DNA of 64,000 nt from Hydrurus foetidus. Its lineage: Eukaryota. The stretch lies in the NCBI GenBank assembly GCA_900617105.1, contig UYFQ01000001.1:4402001-4466000 (forward strand). The letters are read 5' to 3'. Position 1 is the first letter of the stretch; the number at the start of each line of letters is the position of its first letter. The notes beneath the pieces were generated by a model. That model was given only the letters and a program-made list of their open reading frames with translations, ran no database searches and was not told the DNA's origin. Positions 18,864 through 28,905 of this stretch are shown piece by piece. A program made the translations under genes and the position numbers.

Positions 18864-20078
18864 ATGAATTTTCAACAACGATTGCAAGTCTTTTGGGCAG
18901 ACTTGTCTCATTTCCCGTGGCGCGAGACAGCCTACACCCTGCGGGCACGCTTTCGCGATGACCAGATGGGCTTGACGGCCAGCAGCCTGACTTTCACAAC
19001 ATCCATAGCCTTGGTGCCGTTTTTCACTGTGGCGTTGGCCATTTTTACGGCTTTCCCGATGTTTTCCACCATGCAGGGCGCGCTGCAAGCGTGGTTGGTG
19101 CAAAGTTTGATTCCAGACAACATTGCACGTCAAGTACTGGGCTACCTGACTCAGTTCAGCCGCCAGGCCAATAAATTGGGCGGCGCGGGTCTGGGGGTTT
19201 TGCTGATTACAGCGATTGCTTTGATTTTGACGATTGACCGAACGTTGAACAATATTTGGCGCGTTAAAAAACTGCGGCCCTTCGCGCAGCGGGTGCTGAT
19301 TTATTGGGCGGCCATTACGCTGGGGCCGGTGTTGCTGGCGGCGAGTTTGGCATTGACGTCGTACGCCTTGTCGGCATCGTCTGGATTAGTGGGAGTGTCA
19401 TTGTCTGCGCCGCTCAAATTTGTCATTACTGCGTTTCAGTTTGTGCTGGTGGCGGGCGGTATGGCGTCGCTGTACCGCTACGTGCCCAACACGCACGTGA
19501 AGTGGTCGCATGCATGGGTCGGCGGCGTGTTTGTGGCGCTTGGCATTGAGCTAGCTAAAAAAGCGCTGAGCCTGTATTTGGCCAGCGTACCGACATACTC
19601 GCTGATTTACGGGGCGTTTGCCACGCTGCCTATTTTGCTGGTGTGGATTTATGTGGCATGGGTAATTGTGTTGCTGGGCGCGGTGATTGCTGCTTACTTG
19701 CCCAGCTTGCTCGCGGGAGTTGCGCGGCGCGGTGGCGGCCATGGCTGGCAGTTTCAGCTTGCTATTGAGGTACTTCAGCAGTTGCATGACTGTCGTAGCG
19801 TCGCGCTACGCGGGGCTGACGCCTCCAGCATGGCGCGACATTTGCGTGTTAGCGTGTTGCAGCTAGAGCCAGCGCTTGAGGCGTTGACAACGCTAGGCTG
19901 GATTGGCCAGCTGGTCGAGGAAGACGATGCAGAGTCGCGTTACATCTTGCTGGCTGACCCCAACAACACACTGCTAGAGCCGCTAATGCAACTTTTACTG
20001 CTGGACAAGACTGATGCGACGCTGCCGATCTGGATTGCCGCGGGATGGCCAGAAATCACACTTCGGCAAGCGCTTTGA
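18864..20078 (+). CDS. YihY/BrkB family inner membrane protein
   Basis: ASSLTFTT..LVP, NNIW, YRYVPN, IYGAFA, C-terminal wHTH-like part. Confidence 0.9.
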   Translation: MNFQQRLQVFWADLSHFPWRETAYTLRARFRDDQMGLTASSLTFTTSIALVPFFTVALAIFTAFPMFSTMQGALQAWLVQSLIPDNIARQVLGYLTQFSRQANKLGGAGLGVLLITAIALILTIDRTLNNIWRVKKLRPFAQRVLIYWAAITLGPVLLAASLALTSYALSASSGLVGVSLSAPLKFVITAFQFVLVAGGMASLYRYVPNTHVKWSHAWVGGVFVALGIELAKKALSLYLASVPTYSLIYGAFATLPILLVWIYVAWVIVLLGAVIAAYLPSLLAGVARRGGGHGWQFQLAIEVLQQLHDCRSVALRGADASSMARHLRVSVLQLEPALEALTTLGWIGQLVEEDDAESRYILLADPNNTLLEPLMQLLLLDKTDATLPIWIAAGWPEITLRQAL

Positions 20079-20144
20079 AAGCTGGTTTGATCACTCTCAA
20101 TAAGGGCCTCAGAAAAAACTGATCGGCCAGCTTTTTAACAACAG

Positions 20145-20468
20145 ATGCAGAGCAGCATGAACAGCATGAACAGCATGAACCTGCAACCGGGAAAGCGCGG
20201 CGGCCGCCCGTGCAATCGGAGCTTGTGCATTTCTATAGGTGACGTGCTGTCGATGTTGTCCATCGGAATCACGCACCACGAAATTTTGCAGGACTTTACC
20301 GAGCTAGTGGCTGAAGTCTTCTTGGCGGCACTGGCTTTTGCAGCAGATCGCCAGCACAAGGCATATTCGCTGACAGTTCAAATGAAATTGCTGCCTGATG
20401 AAAATTTCTCCGGACGGTTAACTCCGTTTTTTACCGCACGCACAAACGAAAATGCACTTTCTCGTTAA
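20145..20468 (+). pseudogene. decayed DUF433 antitoxin fused to a truncated DUF5615 PIN-like toxin start
   Basis: PGKRGGRPC..I.DVL..L..G....EIL.DF.EL is DUF433-like. It reads into MKLLPDENFS (DUF5615-like), which stops after 28 aa. Confidence 0.7.
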
Positions 20469-20619
20469 AAATTGGCTTGCATAAGCGCAACCCAAGCGCG
20501 GTGAACTTCGGCCTTGGTGCAGGCTGGAAAAAGGGCGTAGATATCGACTGTAGAAATGACAGATTACAGGACTAACCAGATCCTGGGGCAGCAAGCCTGA
20601 CTGAAAGAGCCGGTACAGA

Positions 20620-21117
20620 TCATGTCTGTCTGCGCGCAGATTCGCTCACATGCAAAAACCGGGTCAACAGGTCACGGGGCGGCGCCACAGATATCGCCTT
20701 GAGCATTTGTCCCACACTGCCCCGGTGGTAGCTGCCGTGGGTGATGACATGTACCAGCATTTCTTCTCGGCTCATGCGGCCTGCGTCGCCGTCGGTGAAG
20801 CGAAACGACAGCTTCTCGCGCAGTTGCTCGGCTGAAATAGTGGCCGCATAGGCCTCATACCATGCATCGGTTTCTGCCACGGCAAACTGAAGCTCACCCA
20901 GGCCGGGCGTCACTTCGGTGTTCGTTGCCGTGTAGTGATGCGGCTCGACTTGCAGATGAGCCCGAAAAATGCGGTCTACGACATAGATATGGTTCAGTGT
21001 GCGGATGGCGTTGTCAATAGCATCGGCTTGCTGCTTGGGTTCGATATTTGCGAGCAGATTGAATAGCTCGCTGTTAGACCAGGATTTGAAGGCGAAGAGG
21101 GATTGGAGTGTATTCAT
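20620..21117 (-). CDS. DinB family protein
   Basis: TLNHIYVVD, HVITHGSYHRG. Confidence 0.88.
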   Translation of the reverse strand: MNTLQSLFAFKSWSNSELFNLLANIEPKQQADAIDNAIRTLNHIYVVDRIFRAHLQVEPHHYTATNTEVTPGLGELQFAVAETDAWYEAYAATISAEQLREKLSFRFTDGDAGRMSREEMLVHVITHGSYHRGSVGQMLKAISVAPPRDLLTRFLHVSESARRQT

Positions 21118-21140
21118 TGGGTGCGGTGGGAGGGGTACGG

Positions 21141-21749
21141 TCAAGGCATAGCAAGTTTGGTCGCCATCAAAACAAATGCTATCGCAAACCCGCGTCGCAA
21201 TCCTGTCTGAATCGCGGTGGAGTCCACAACAAGTTGTCGAAAGCCATGAGCCAGCAAGCCGTAGCCGAGAAAGACTGCAAACGTCATAGCCATGAATACA
21301 GCGCTCAGAACGCTGAAATTCAATGTGTATTGAGCACTGTCAGAATTTATAAACTGGGGAAGGAACGCAAGGAAAAATAGCGTCAGTTTCGGGTTGAGCG
21401 AGTTAAGCAAAATCGCCTTGACGATCAGCCTTAAAGGGGTCGCGGGCTTGGCGTGGTCGTCCACTTCGAACGCCGAGCGGTCACGCCACGTCATCACTGC
21501 CAGGTACAGCAAGTAGAGAACCCCCAGTACTTTGAGTATTTGAAACGCAAGCGCCCCGGCATGCAGCGTTGCGGCTAACCCCAACCCCGCGGCCAGCATG
21601 TGCGGAACAATCCCCAAAGTGCAGCCTGCTGAGGCATAGAAGCTGCCCATTTTTCCTTGCGACAAGCCGACAGACACGGCGAACAACACACCGGTTCCGG
21701 GCGTGATGACGACGACCAAAGAGGTCAACAAAAATTCAAAACTCAGCAT
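21141..21749 (-). CDS. LysE/RhtB family exporter
   Basis: TPGTG, LNPK..FFLAFLPQF. Confidence 0.9.
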   Translation of the reverse strand: MLSFEFLLTSLVVVITPGTGVLFAVSVGLSQGKMGSFYASAGCTLGIVPHMLAAGLGLAATLHAGALAFQILKVLGVLYLLYLAVMTWRDRSAFEVDDHAKPATPLRLIVKAILLNSLNPKLTLFFLAFLPQFINSDSAQYTLNFSVLSAVFMAMTFAVFLGYGLLAHGFRQLVVDSTAIQTGLRRGFAIAFVLMATKLAMP

Positions 21750-21831
21750 GGAATGATTCCTGAAAAGAGGAGACTGGCGCCAAGATGCGCAGTCTCTATT
21801 TTCTTGACCTGTTGCTTACTTGTCTTGAACG

Positions 21832-22626
21832 CTATTGCGCCCGCTGCCACCTGCCGGGCGTAAAACCGCGGTAACGCGCAAAAGCCCGCGTGAGGTGGCT
21901 CTGGTCTGAAAATCCGCTGCTCAAAGCGGCGTCCAGCAGCGGTGTGCCCCCGGCAATCAGCGCTTGTGCGCGGCTGAGACGGTGCTGTTGCAGCCACGCG
22001 AATGGTGGCAGTCCGTACGCCTTTGAGAATTGTCGTACCAGCTGATAACGGGACAAGCCTGCAAGTTCTGCCAAATCCGTCAGCGCGGGCGGGCAATTGA
22101 CTTGATCTATGAGTGCCTCCCGAACCCGACTCACCGATGTATGGCGTTCAATGGGCAGTGACTTGCTGCTGTAACGCTGAACCAGCAAGCCGCAAGCCTG
22201 CGTCAGCAGTTCTTCAAGTATTGTTTTTTCCTCGGCGGTTGGTACCGCGCTCCATTGCCAAAACAGCTGGTCAAACGCATGGCGTAGCGCGGCATCTTCC
22301 AGAACGGGCCGGGACAACTCCGGCTGCGGTTGACCCACCAGTTCTGCCAGGCACTCGGGCGTCACAAAAACCATACGCCAGCTTCGCGCGTGTTGTTGAA
22401 TCGGTTTGCCGTCGTGCACCTCTCCGGGGTTGGTGGTGATGATATGCCCTGCCAGGGCCTGAACTTGACCGCGCCCACTGGCTGACATTTGCCCGCCTTC
22501 ATCCATCAATCCAAATCCGTACGTGTCATGCCAGTGTTTGTCAAATGGGCGATTGCTGCGTATTTGCACGGCGTGTACACCGCTTATCAGCCCGCTGCGC
22601 ACCGTGCATGTGTGAACTGAATTCAT
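21832..22626 (-). CDS. AraC family regulator
   Basis: Cupin HWHD..NPGEVHDG, C-terminal GFSDQSHLTR. Confidence 0.92.
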   Translation of the reverse strand: MNSVHTCTVRSGLISGVHAVQIRSNRPFDKHWHDTYGFGLMDEGGQMSASGRGQVQALAGHIITTNPGEVHDGKPIQQHARSWRMVFVTPECLAELVGQPQPELSRPVLEDAALRHAFDQLFWQWSAVPTAEEKTILEELLTQACGLLVQRYSSKSLPIERHTSVSRVREALIDQVNCPPALTDLAELAGLSRYQLVRQFSKAYGLPPFAWLQQHRLSRAQALIAGGTPLLDAALSSGFSDQSHLTRAFARYRGFTPGRWQRAQ

Positions 22627-22687
22627 AATGAAATGGCACGACGTCTGAAGGTCCAGTAAACGTCAAACCAGAGCTGCTGTGCCTGAT

Positions 22688-22999
22688 TCATATCTTTACC
22701 TTCCCCAGCCAGATATCTCGATACATTGCCCAATCACCCACGAAGCTATATAGCGGGCGCTTGAAACTTGCTGGCCTGTTTTTCTCAAAACCAAAGTGGC
22801 CGACCCAGGCAAAACCGTAGCCGCAGATCAGGCCGTACAGCACAAACGTGGGCTTACCGGTGGCTATCAACATGGCGATGCAGACCAGTACCAGGCTGGT
22901 TCCCAAAAAATGCAGGCGGCGGCAGGTTTTGTTGCTGTGCTCGATTAAATAAAACGGATAAAACTCTTTGAAAGTTTGAAATGTTTTGGGGTCTTGCAT
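22688..22999 (-). CDS. DUF962/Mpo1-like protein
   Basis: FYPFYLIEHS..CRRLH..WVGHFGFEKNRPA. Confidence 0.85.
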   Translation of the reverse strand: MQDPKTFQTFKEFYPFYLIEHSNKTCRRLHFLGTSLVLVCIAMLIATGKPTFVLYGLICGYGFAWVGHFGFEKNRPASFKRPLYSFVGDWAMYRDIWLGKVKI

Positions 23000-23024
23000 G
23001 CTCGTCTCCACGTTTTTTTTAAGT

Positions 23025-24293
23025 TTAGGCCACTGCAAACGGCGCCTGCAAGAAGCCCCTGAAGCGAGCGCGACCACCTCGAGTGGGTGCATTCAGCAGC
23101 CGGTAGTTGGGGAAGCGCTGCAAAAATCGGCCAATAGCGATTTTGCCCTCGAGCCGCGCCAGGCTAATGCCTGCGCACTGGTGAATGCCCAGGCCGAAGG
23201 CCAGGTGGCGGTTGCTGCTCCGCGCGAGTATCAGCTCGTTTGGGCGCTCGAACTGCGCTGGGTCACGGTTGGCTGCGCCTATGCACAGCGTTAGCAGGCT
23301 GCCAGCGGCTATGTCGATGCCGCCGGTTTGTGAATCTTTTAAAGCTCGGCGGTTGCTGAACTGATTAGACGGCTCAAAACGCAGAAATTCGTCAATTACC
23401 GGTATCAAATAGGCCTCTAGCCCAATTAAATCGGGCGTGAGCAGCTCCTGTTTTAATAGTAATTCTGCTTTCACTTTGGGGTGTTCAGTCAATGCAACCA
23501 GTGCGTTGCCGATCAGGTTGGTGGTGGTTTCATGGCCTGCGTTCAGGATGAAGACGCAGTTTTGCAACAGCTCGGTTTCACTCAGCTTATCCACGCCTTC
23601 CTCGCCAATCAGTCGGGTCAGCACGTCATGCTCAGGGTTGCCAGGTTGTTTGCGTCTGTCGGCCACCAGCGTTTTCAAATAGTCGGTAAATTCAGTCACG
23701 CTGCGATTGCCCAGCGCTTCTTGGTCTGCTGTGAGTTTTGGCTCAAGCGCTCCCAAAATGGCCAGCGACCAGCCGCGCAAGGGCGCGCGGTCAGCATGCG
23801 GCACACCCAACAAGTTGCCAATCACCTCGACTGGAATGCTTGAGGCAAAGTCTTCAATCAAATCACCGCCGCCTTTGGCCTGAATCGCATCAAGCAGGCT
23901 GTCAACCAGCGTGACTAAACTTGCCTCTATATCTGCGATTGCCCGCCGAGTCAGCGCGCCAATAATCAGGCTGCGCACCCGGGTGTGCAGCGGCGGGTCG
24001 CTGAAGACCAGGCTGGTGGTGTGGTGTGCAAACAAAGGTGTTTTCGCGCCATATTTGGGCTCAAACTCAATTTTCTTGTCTGAGCTGAAAGTTGACGCGT
24101 CCCGGAAGACTGCTACCAGGTCAGCGTGACGGGTTAAAAAATACGAATCATCGGGCATCAAGTGCACCGGGCTTTGCATGCGCAGCACGTCGTATACCGG
24201 GTAAGGGTTGGCGTAAAAGTCAGGGGGCAGCGCGCGCAGGTCAAATGTTGCCGCAACCTGCTGCGCTCTGGCCGCTGACATTGCCTGCGTCAT
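23025..24293 (-). CDS. cytochrome P450
   Basis: DPPLHTRVR, AGHETT, ExxR (EFLR), FGLGIHQCAG. Confidence 0.95.
   Translation of the reverse strand: MTQAMSAARAQQVAATFDLRALPPDFYANPYPVYDVLRMQSPVHLMPDDSYFLTRHADLVAVFRDASTFSSDKKIEFEPKYGAKTPLFAHHTTSLVFSDPPLHTRVRSLIIGALTRRAIADIEASLVTLVDSLLDAIQAKGGGDLIEDFASSIPVEVIGNLLGVPHADRAPLRGWSLAILGALEPKLTADQEALGNRSVTEFTDYLKTLVADRRKQPGNPEHDVLTRLIGEEGVDKLSETELLQNCVFILNAGHETTTNLIGNALVALTEHPKVKAELLLKQELLTPDLIGLEAYLIPVIDEFLRFEPSNQFSNRRALKDSQTGGIDIAAGSLLTLCIGAANRDPAQFERPNELILARSSNRHLAFGLGIHQCAGISLARLEGKIAIGRFLQRFPNYRLLNAPTRGGRARFRGFLQAPFAVA
23401..23462 (+). repeat. REP-like element copy 4 (in-frame inside the P450)
   Basis: AGGCCTCTAGCCCAATTAAATCGGGCGTGAGCAGCTCCTGTTTTAATAGT. 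Confidence 0.8.
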
Positions 24294-25105
24294 TGCAAAA
24301 ATTCTCTGATGGCCATCAGCGTTTCTTCAGGCGCTTCAGTCATCTGGTGATGCCCGACGGCCAGCTTGATGACTTTGAAAGTTTTAGCACTGGTTTTTGC
24401 TTTCTCGATCAGCAAGTTTGCCGCCCTGGCTTGGGTCATCTGGTCATCAGTGCCTAATAAAAACAGTATCGGACAGGTGAGTTGGCTAATCGCCTCCTCA
24501 CCATTTGCATAGTCGTTGCACGCTTTGAAGCCTCGATGAAACACGTTGACTTGTGTATTGCTAACCAGCACGCGGCGGCCCAGTGCCATGTTGGCGCCGT
24601 ACACCCAGGTGCCGGGGCCGAGCGCTGAGGGCGGGGCGGCCAGCGTGCTGCGGGAGAACACGTTGATTGTTTTGAGGGCGGTCATGGGGTCGTTCAGCGA
24701 TGACTCCAGCAACGCGGGCGATACCTTCATGGGAAACGCCGTGCCCACCAGCACCAGGTGCGAGACGCGTTCTTTCAGCTTTGAGGCGGCTTCGAGTGCA
24801 ATTAATGACCCCCAGCTGTGGCCGATGAGTGCCGCTTTTTCAATACCTGCGGCGTCTAGCAGCGCTGCAATAAAAGTAGCACCATCCTCAACTGATTCAG
24901 GCGCCGGGCCATCGCTTTTGCAATGCCCCGGCAGGTCAATGGCCAGCACGTTCCAGCCGTGGTTGGCCATGTAGCGACTTTGCAAAATCCACACGCTGTG
25001 GTCGTTCAGCACACCGTGGATGAAAACCACTGTAGGTTTGGCTGCATCGAATGTTTTACCAGCGGTGTAGCAGTAGGTTTTGTGTCCATTGACTGTAACG
25101 ATCAT
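24290..25105 (-). CDS. alpha/beta hydrolase
   Basis: FIHG, DLPGH, GHSWG, GHHQM. Confidence 0.9.
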   Translation of the reverse strand: MIVTVNGHKTYCYTAGKTFDAAKPTVVFIHGVLNDHSVWILQSRYMANHGWNVLAIDLPGHCKSDGPAPESVEDGATFIAALLDAAGIEKAALIGHSWGSLIALEAASKLKERVSHLVLVGTAFPMKVSPALLESSLNDPMTALKTINVFSRSTLAAPPSALGPGTWVYGANMALGRRVLVSNTQVNVFHRGFKACNDYANGEEAISQLTCPILFLLGTDDQMTQARAANLLIEKAKTSAKTFKVIKLAVGHHQMTEAPEETLMAIREFLQ

Positions 25106-26400
25106 GACGCCTTCTCCGCAGCTTTCAAAGCCCGCTTCAAGTCGTCAACCAAATCATCCGCATCCTCCAGCCCAATCGACAAACGAATCGTGCCTTGGCC
25201 AATACCTGCGCCTGCCAATGCCTCGTCAGTCATTCGGAAATGCGTAGTGCTGGCGGGGTGAATCACCAGGCTGCGGCAGTCGCCGACGTTGGCCAAGTGG
25301 CTAAAGACTTTCAGGCTTTCGACGAATGCTTTGCCCTGGTTGCGCGAGCCCTTCAAGTCAAAACTGAAGACTGAACCCGCGCCGCGCGGCAACAGCTTTT
25401 TAGCCAGCGCGTAACTAGCGTGCGACTCCAGAATCGGGTGGCCAACGCGCGCCACAAACGGGTGGCTGGCTAAAAATGCCACGACTTTTTCAGTGTTGCT
25501 CATGTGCCGCGCCATGCGCAGGCCAAGTGTTTCAATGCCCTGCAAAATCAGCCACGCGGTGTGCGGGCTCATGCAGGCGCCAAAGTCGCGCAAGCCTTCA
25601 CGCCGGGCGCGCAGCAAAAATGCGCCAACCGTGCTTTCTTCACTGAACACCATGTTGTGAAAGCCGTCGTAGGGCTCGGTCAGCTCTTTAAACTTACCCG
25701 ACTTTTCCCAATCGAAAGAGCCGCCATCGACCACAATGCCGCCAATCACGGTGCCGTGGCCGCTCAAAAATTTGGTGGCTGAGTGGTAAACCAAATCAGC
25801 GCCATGGTCGAACGGCTTGATGAGCCACGGCGAGGTGAGAGTAGAGTCAACCAGCAGCGGCGCACCGGCTTCATGGGCTATTGACGCCACCGCTTCAATG
25901 TCCAGCACGTCCAGGCCGGGGTTGCCGACGGTTTCGCCAAAAAACAGCTTGGTGTTGGGCCGCGCGGCGGCGCGCCAACCGTCCGGGTCACCAGGTTTAA
26001 CGAAAGTGGTTTCAATGCCAAAGCGGCGCATCGTGTAATGCAGCAGGTTCTGCGAGCCGCCATACAGAGCAGTCGATGCAACGATGTGCGAACCTGCACC
26101 CATCAGCGTGGCAATGCTCAGGTGCAGCGCTGCCTGGCCGCTGGCCGTGGCTATTGCGCCTATGCCGCCTTCAAGTGCGGCCACGCGCTGCTCCAGCACC
26201 GCGTTGGTCGGGTTGCTGATGCGTGAATACACGTGGCCTGCACGCTCCAGATTAAACAAGCTGGCGGCGTGGTCACTCGATTCAAAAACGAACGAGGTGG
26301 TTAGGTGAATCGGCACGGCGCGCGCGCCGGTGGTCGGGTCTGGCGATGCACCTGCGTGCAGCGACAGCGTGTCAAAGCCGGGGTCAGCGTAGCCGGGCAT
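25102..26400 (-). CDS. O-acetylhomoserine aminocarboxypropyltransferase / MetY-like PLP enzyme
   Basis: YSRISNPT, HSATKFLSGHG, HPASTTH, IRLSIGLE. Confidence 0.92.
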   Translation of the reverse strand: MPGYADPGFDTLSLHAGASPDPTTGARAVPIHLTTSFVFESSDHAASLFNLERAGHVYSRISNPTNAVLEQRVAALEGGIGAIATASGQAALHLSIATLMGAGSHIVASTALYGGSQNLLHYTMRRFGIETTFVKPGDPDGWRAAARPNTKLFFGETVGNPGLDVLDIEAVASIAHEAGAPLLVDSTLTSPWLIKPFDHGADLVYHSATKFLSGHGTVIGGIVVDGGSFDWEKSGKFKELTEPYDGFHNMVFSEESTVGAFLLRARREGLRDFGACMSPHTAWLILQGIETLGLRMARHMSNTEKVVAFLASHPFVARVGHPILESHASYALAKKLLPRGAGSVFSFDLKGSRNQGKAFVESLKVFSHLANVGDCRSLVIHPASTTHFRMTDEALAGAGIGQGTIRLSIGLEDADDLVDDLKRALKAAEKAS

Positions 26401-26537
26401 GGGTTGTCTCCAAATGAAAAATCAAATTACTGTGGCGTACACAACGCCGCGCTTTGCCATTGTGGGCTATATTGAACCCTTACCTGATGCCGCTCGCAAG
26501 GCCGTCAAAAACAAGTCAAGAACCCCAGGAGATCGCC

Positions 26538-27005
26538 ATGAAAGTAGCTGACATACTACGCGTCAAGGGCAATACGCTGTACACCGTGCAGCCTGACGAG
26601 CCGCTGGCCACCGCCACCAAAATCATGGCCGAAAAAGACATCGGCTCGCTGGTGGTCATGGAGCATGGTGACTTGGTCGGCATGCTGACCTTCAGGGAAG
26701 TGATCGTCAGCATCACGCAAAACGGCGGGGAGATTGGTGCCATGCTGGTTCGCAAAGCAATGGACGACCACCCGCTGACCTGCACGGGTGAAACTGAATT
26801 AGACGAAGTGCGCCGCATGATGCTGGAGCGCCACGCGCGCTACATGCCGGTGATGGACAAAAAAATGCTGATGGGTGTAATCTCTTTGTACGACGTAGCA
26901 AAGGCTGTGGTCGACAGCCAGAACTTTGAGAACAAGATGCTCAAGGCTTACATACGGGACTGGCCCTCTGATTCCAGCGGGAAAACTGACGCGCTCGACG
27001 ACTGA
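26538..27005 (+). CDS. CBS domain protein
   Basis: Tandem CBS motifs, IGSLVV, GVISLYDV. Confidence 0.88.
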   Translation: MKVADILRVKGNTLYTVQPDEPLATATKIMAEKDIGSLVVMEHGDLVGMLTFREVIVSITQNGGEIGAMLVRKAMDDHPLTCTGETELDEVRRMMLERHARYMPVMDKKMLMGVISLYDVAKAVVDSQNFENKMLKAYIRDWPSDSSGKTDALDD

Positions 27006-27032
27006 CCGAACGGCGGCAAGACCATCGCTCAA

Positions 27033-27053
27033 TGTGATAACATTGTTGTCACA
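27033..27053. promoter_or_regulatory. probable autoregulatory operator of the TA pair
   Basis: Palindrome TGTGATAACA-T-TGTTGTCACA just upstream of the antitoxin. Confidence 0.65.
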
Positions 27054-27071
27054 AAAAAATGGACGAACATC

Positions 27072-27320
27072 ATGCAAGTCGCTATCCGAAAAATGGGCAA
27101 TTCACTGGGGGTTTTGATACCAAAACCGTTTTTGATTCAAGTCGGGTTTGAAGACGCCGCCGATATGCAGGTTAAAAACGGCGTAATTGAAATCCGCCCC
27201 ATCAAGCGCAACCCACGTGAAGGTTGGGCGAAAGACAGCGAGCGCATTGCGTTGGCGAGTGACGACAAGCTGGTTTGGCCGGAGTTCAATAATGAAGGTG
27301 ACTCGGAACTGGTTTGGTGA
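27072..27320 (+). CDS. AbrB/MazE-family antitoxin
   Basis: IRKMGNSLGVLIPK..PREGW. Confidence 0.9.
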   Translation: MQVAIRKMGNSLGVLIPKPFLIQVGFEDAADMQVKNGVIEIRPIKRNPREGWAKDSERIALASDDKLVWPEFNNEGDSELVW

Positions 27321-27658
27321 GCTCTATCGAAGTTAAAACTGGCGACGTATGGCTTGCAGCGCTTGATCCTACCGTTGGCAGTGAAATACAAAAAACACGT
27401 CCTTGTCTTGTGATTTCTCCCCTTGAGATGAACGATTACTTGCGTACGGTCATCGTTGCCCCAATGACTACCGCCTCCCGTCCTGCGGGGTTTCGAGTTT
27501 CCGTGACGTTTCAGGGTAAAACTGGTCTCTTGCTGCTTGATCAGATTCGTACTATTGACAAGACGAGGCTGGTAAAAAAAGTCGGTTCTATTCAAAAAGC
27601 AACCCTGACAAAAACACTTCGCACGCTGCAAGATGTTTTTGAACCGTCTGGCGTCTGA
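27314..27658 (+). CDS. PemK/MazF-family toxin
   Basis: LDPTVGSEIQKTRPCLVISP, DQIRTIDK.RL. Confidence 0.92.
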   Translation: MVSSIEVKTGDVWLAALDPTVGSEIQKTRPCLVISPLEMNDYLRTVIVAPMTTASRPAGFRVSVTFQGKTGLLLLDQIRTIDKTRLVKKVGSIQKATLTKTLRTLQDVFEPSGV

Positions 27659-27701
27659 CACCCCAAACCAAAAAATTCACATTTAAATCAGCAAGCAAAT
27701 C

Positions 27702-28796
27702 ATGAGCGGCAACACCTTCGGCAATTTATTCGCAGTCACCAACTTCGGTGAATCCCACGGCCCGGCCATTGGCTGCGTGATTGACGGCTGCCCGCCGGGC
27801 ATGAACTTGTGTGAGGCGGACATTCAAGCCGACCTTGACCGCCGCCGGCCCGGCACCAGCCGCCACGTTACCCAGCGCAATGAGCCAGATTCAGTTGAAA
27901 TTTTGTCGGGCGTGTACCAAGGCAAAACCACAGGCACGCCAATTTGCCTGTTGATAAAAAACACCGATCAGCGCAGCAAAGACTACGGCAACATTCTGGA
28001 GACCTTCCGGCCCGGCCATGCCGACTACGCTTACTTGCACAAGTACGGCATGCGTGACCCGCGCGGCGGCGGCCGGTCTTCTGCACGACTGACTGCGCCC
28101 ACCGTAGCCGCCGGTGCAGTTGCCAAAAAGTGGTTGCTGGCCAAGTACGGCACCACTTTCAAGGGCTGCATGACGCAAATTGGCGACGAGGTGATTGCCT
28201 TTGAATCATGGGAGCACGTGGCCAACAACCCGTTTTTTGCGCCCGTGGCTGATGTGTCGAAACTGGAGGCGTACATGGACGCGCTTCGCAAGGACGGCGA
28301 CTCTTGCGGCGCGCGGATTCGCGTGGTGGCCAGCGGCGTGCCGGTAGGTTTGGGAGAGCCTATTTATGACAAACTGGACGCGGATATTGCTTACGCGATG
28401 ATGGGCATTAATGCCGTAAAAGGCGTTGAAATTGGCGCAGGTTTTGCCAGTGTTACACAGCGCGGCACAACCCATGGCGATGGTTTGGCACCAGGCGGAT
28501 TTATGTCAAACAACGCAGGCGGCACGCTGGGCGGCATCAGCACGGGGCAAGACCTTGAAGTGTCGATTGCGATTAAACCGACCAGCTCGATTATTTCGCC
28601 AAGGCAGTCCATCGACACATCAGGCAACCCGGCTGAAGTGGTGACCAAAGGCCGCCATGACCCCTGCGTTGGCATACGCGCTGCACCCATTGCCGAGGCG
28701 CTGCTGGCCCTGGTAGTGATGGAGCACGCGCTGCGCCAACGCGCGCAAAACGCTGATGTGGTGGTCAGCACGCCAGACATCATGCGCCAGCGCTGA
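27702..28796 (+). CDS. aroC: chorismate synthase
   Basis: GESHG, RPGHAD, RSSAR, GRHDPC. Confidence 0.98.
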   Translation: MSGNTFGNLFAVTNFGESHGPAIGCVIDGCPPGMNLCEADIQADLDRRRPGTSRHVTQRNEPDSVEILSGVYQGKTTGTPICLLIKNTDQRSKDYGNILETFRPGHADYAYLHKYGMRDPRGGGRSSARLTAPTVAAGAVAKKWLLAKYGTTFKGCMTQIGDEVIAFESWEHVANNPFFAPVADVSKLEAYMDALRKDGDSCGARIRVVASGVPVGLGEPIYDKLDADIAYAMMGINAVKGVEIGAGFASVTQRGTTHGDGLAPGGFMSNNAGGTLGGISTGQDLEVSIAIKPTSSIISPRQSIDTSGNPAEVVTKGRHDPCVGIRAAPIAEALLALVVMEHALRQRAQNADVVVSTPDIMRQR

Positions 28797-28821
28797 GCCT
28801 CATAATTCTTATGAAATTCAC

Positions 28822-28860
28822 CAGTAGCCCAATAAATACGGGCGCAAGAAGCTATAAAAA
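28822..28860 (+). repeat. REP-like element copy 5 (right end degenerate)
   Basis: TAGCCCAATAAATACGGGCGCAAGAAGCTATAAAAA. Confidence 0.85.
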
Positions 28861-28905
28861 CAACTTTTTGTCGATAACGAGTTTCTACCTTTTAGAACCC
28901 GCACC

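Noticed and set aside
18816..19133. N-terminal extension of the DUF2069 ORF (232 aa)
   Set aside because: It overlaps yihY on the opposite strand. The membrane domain begins at ATG 18815.
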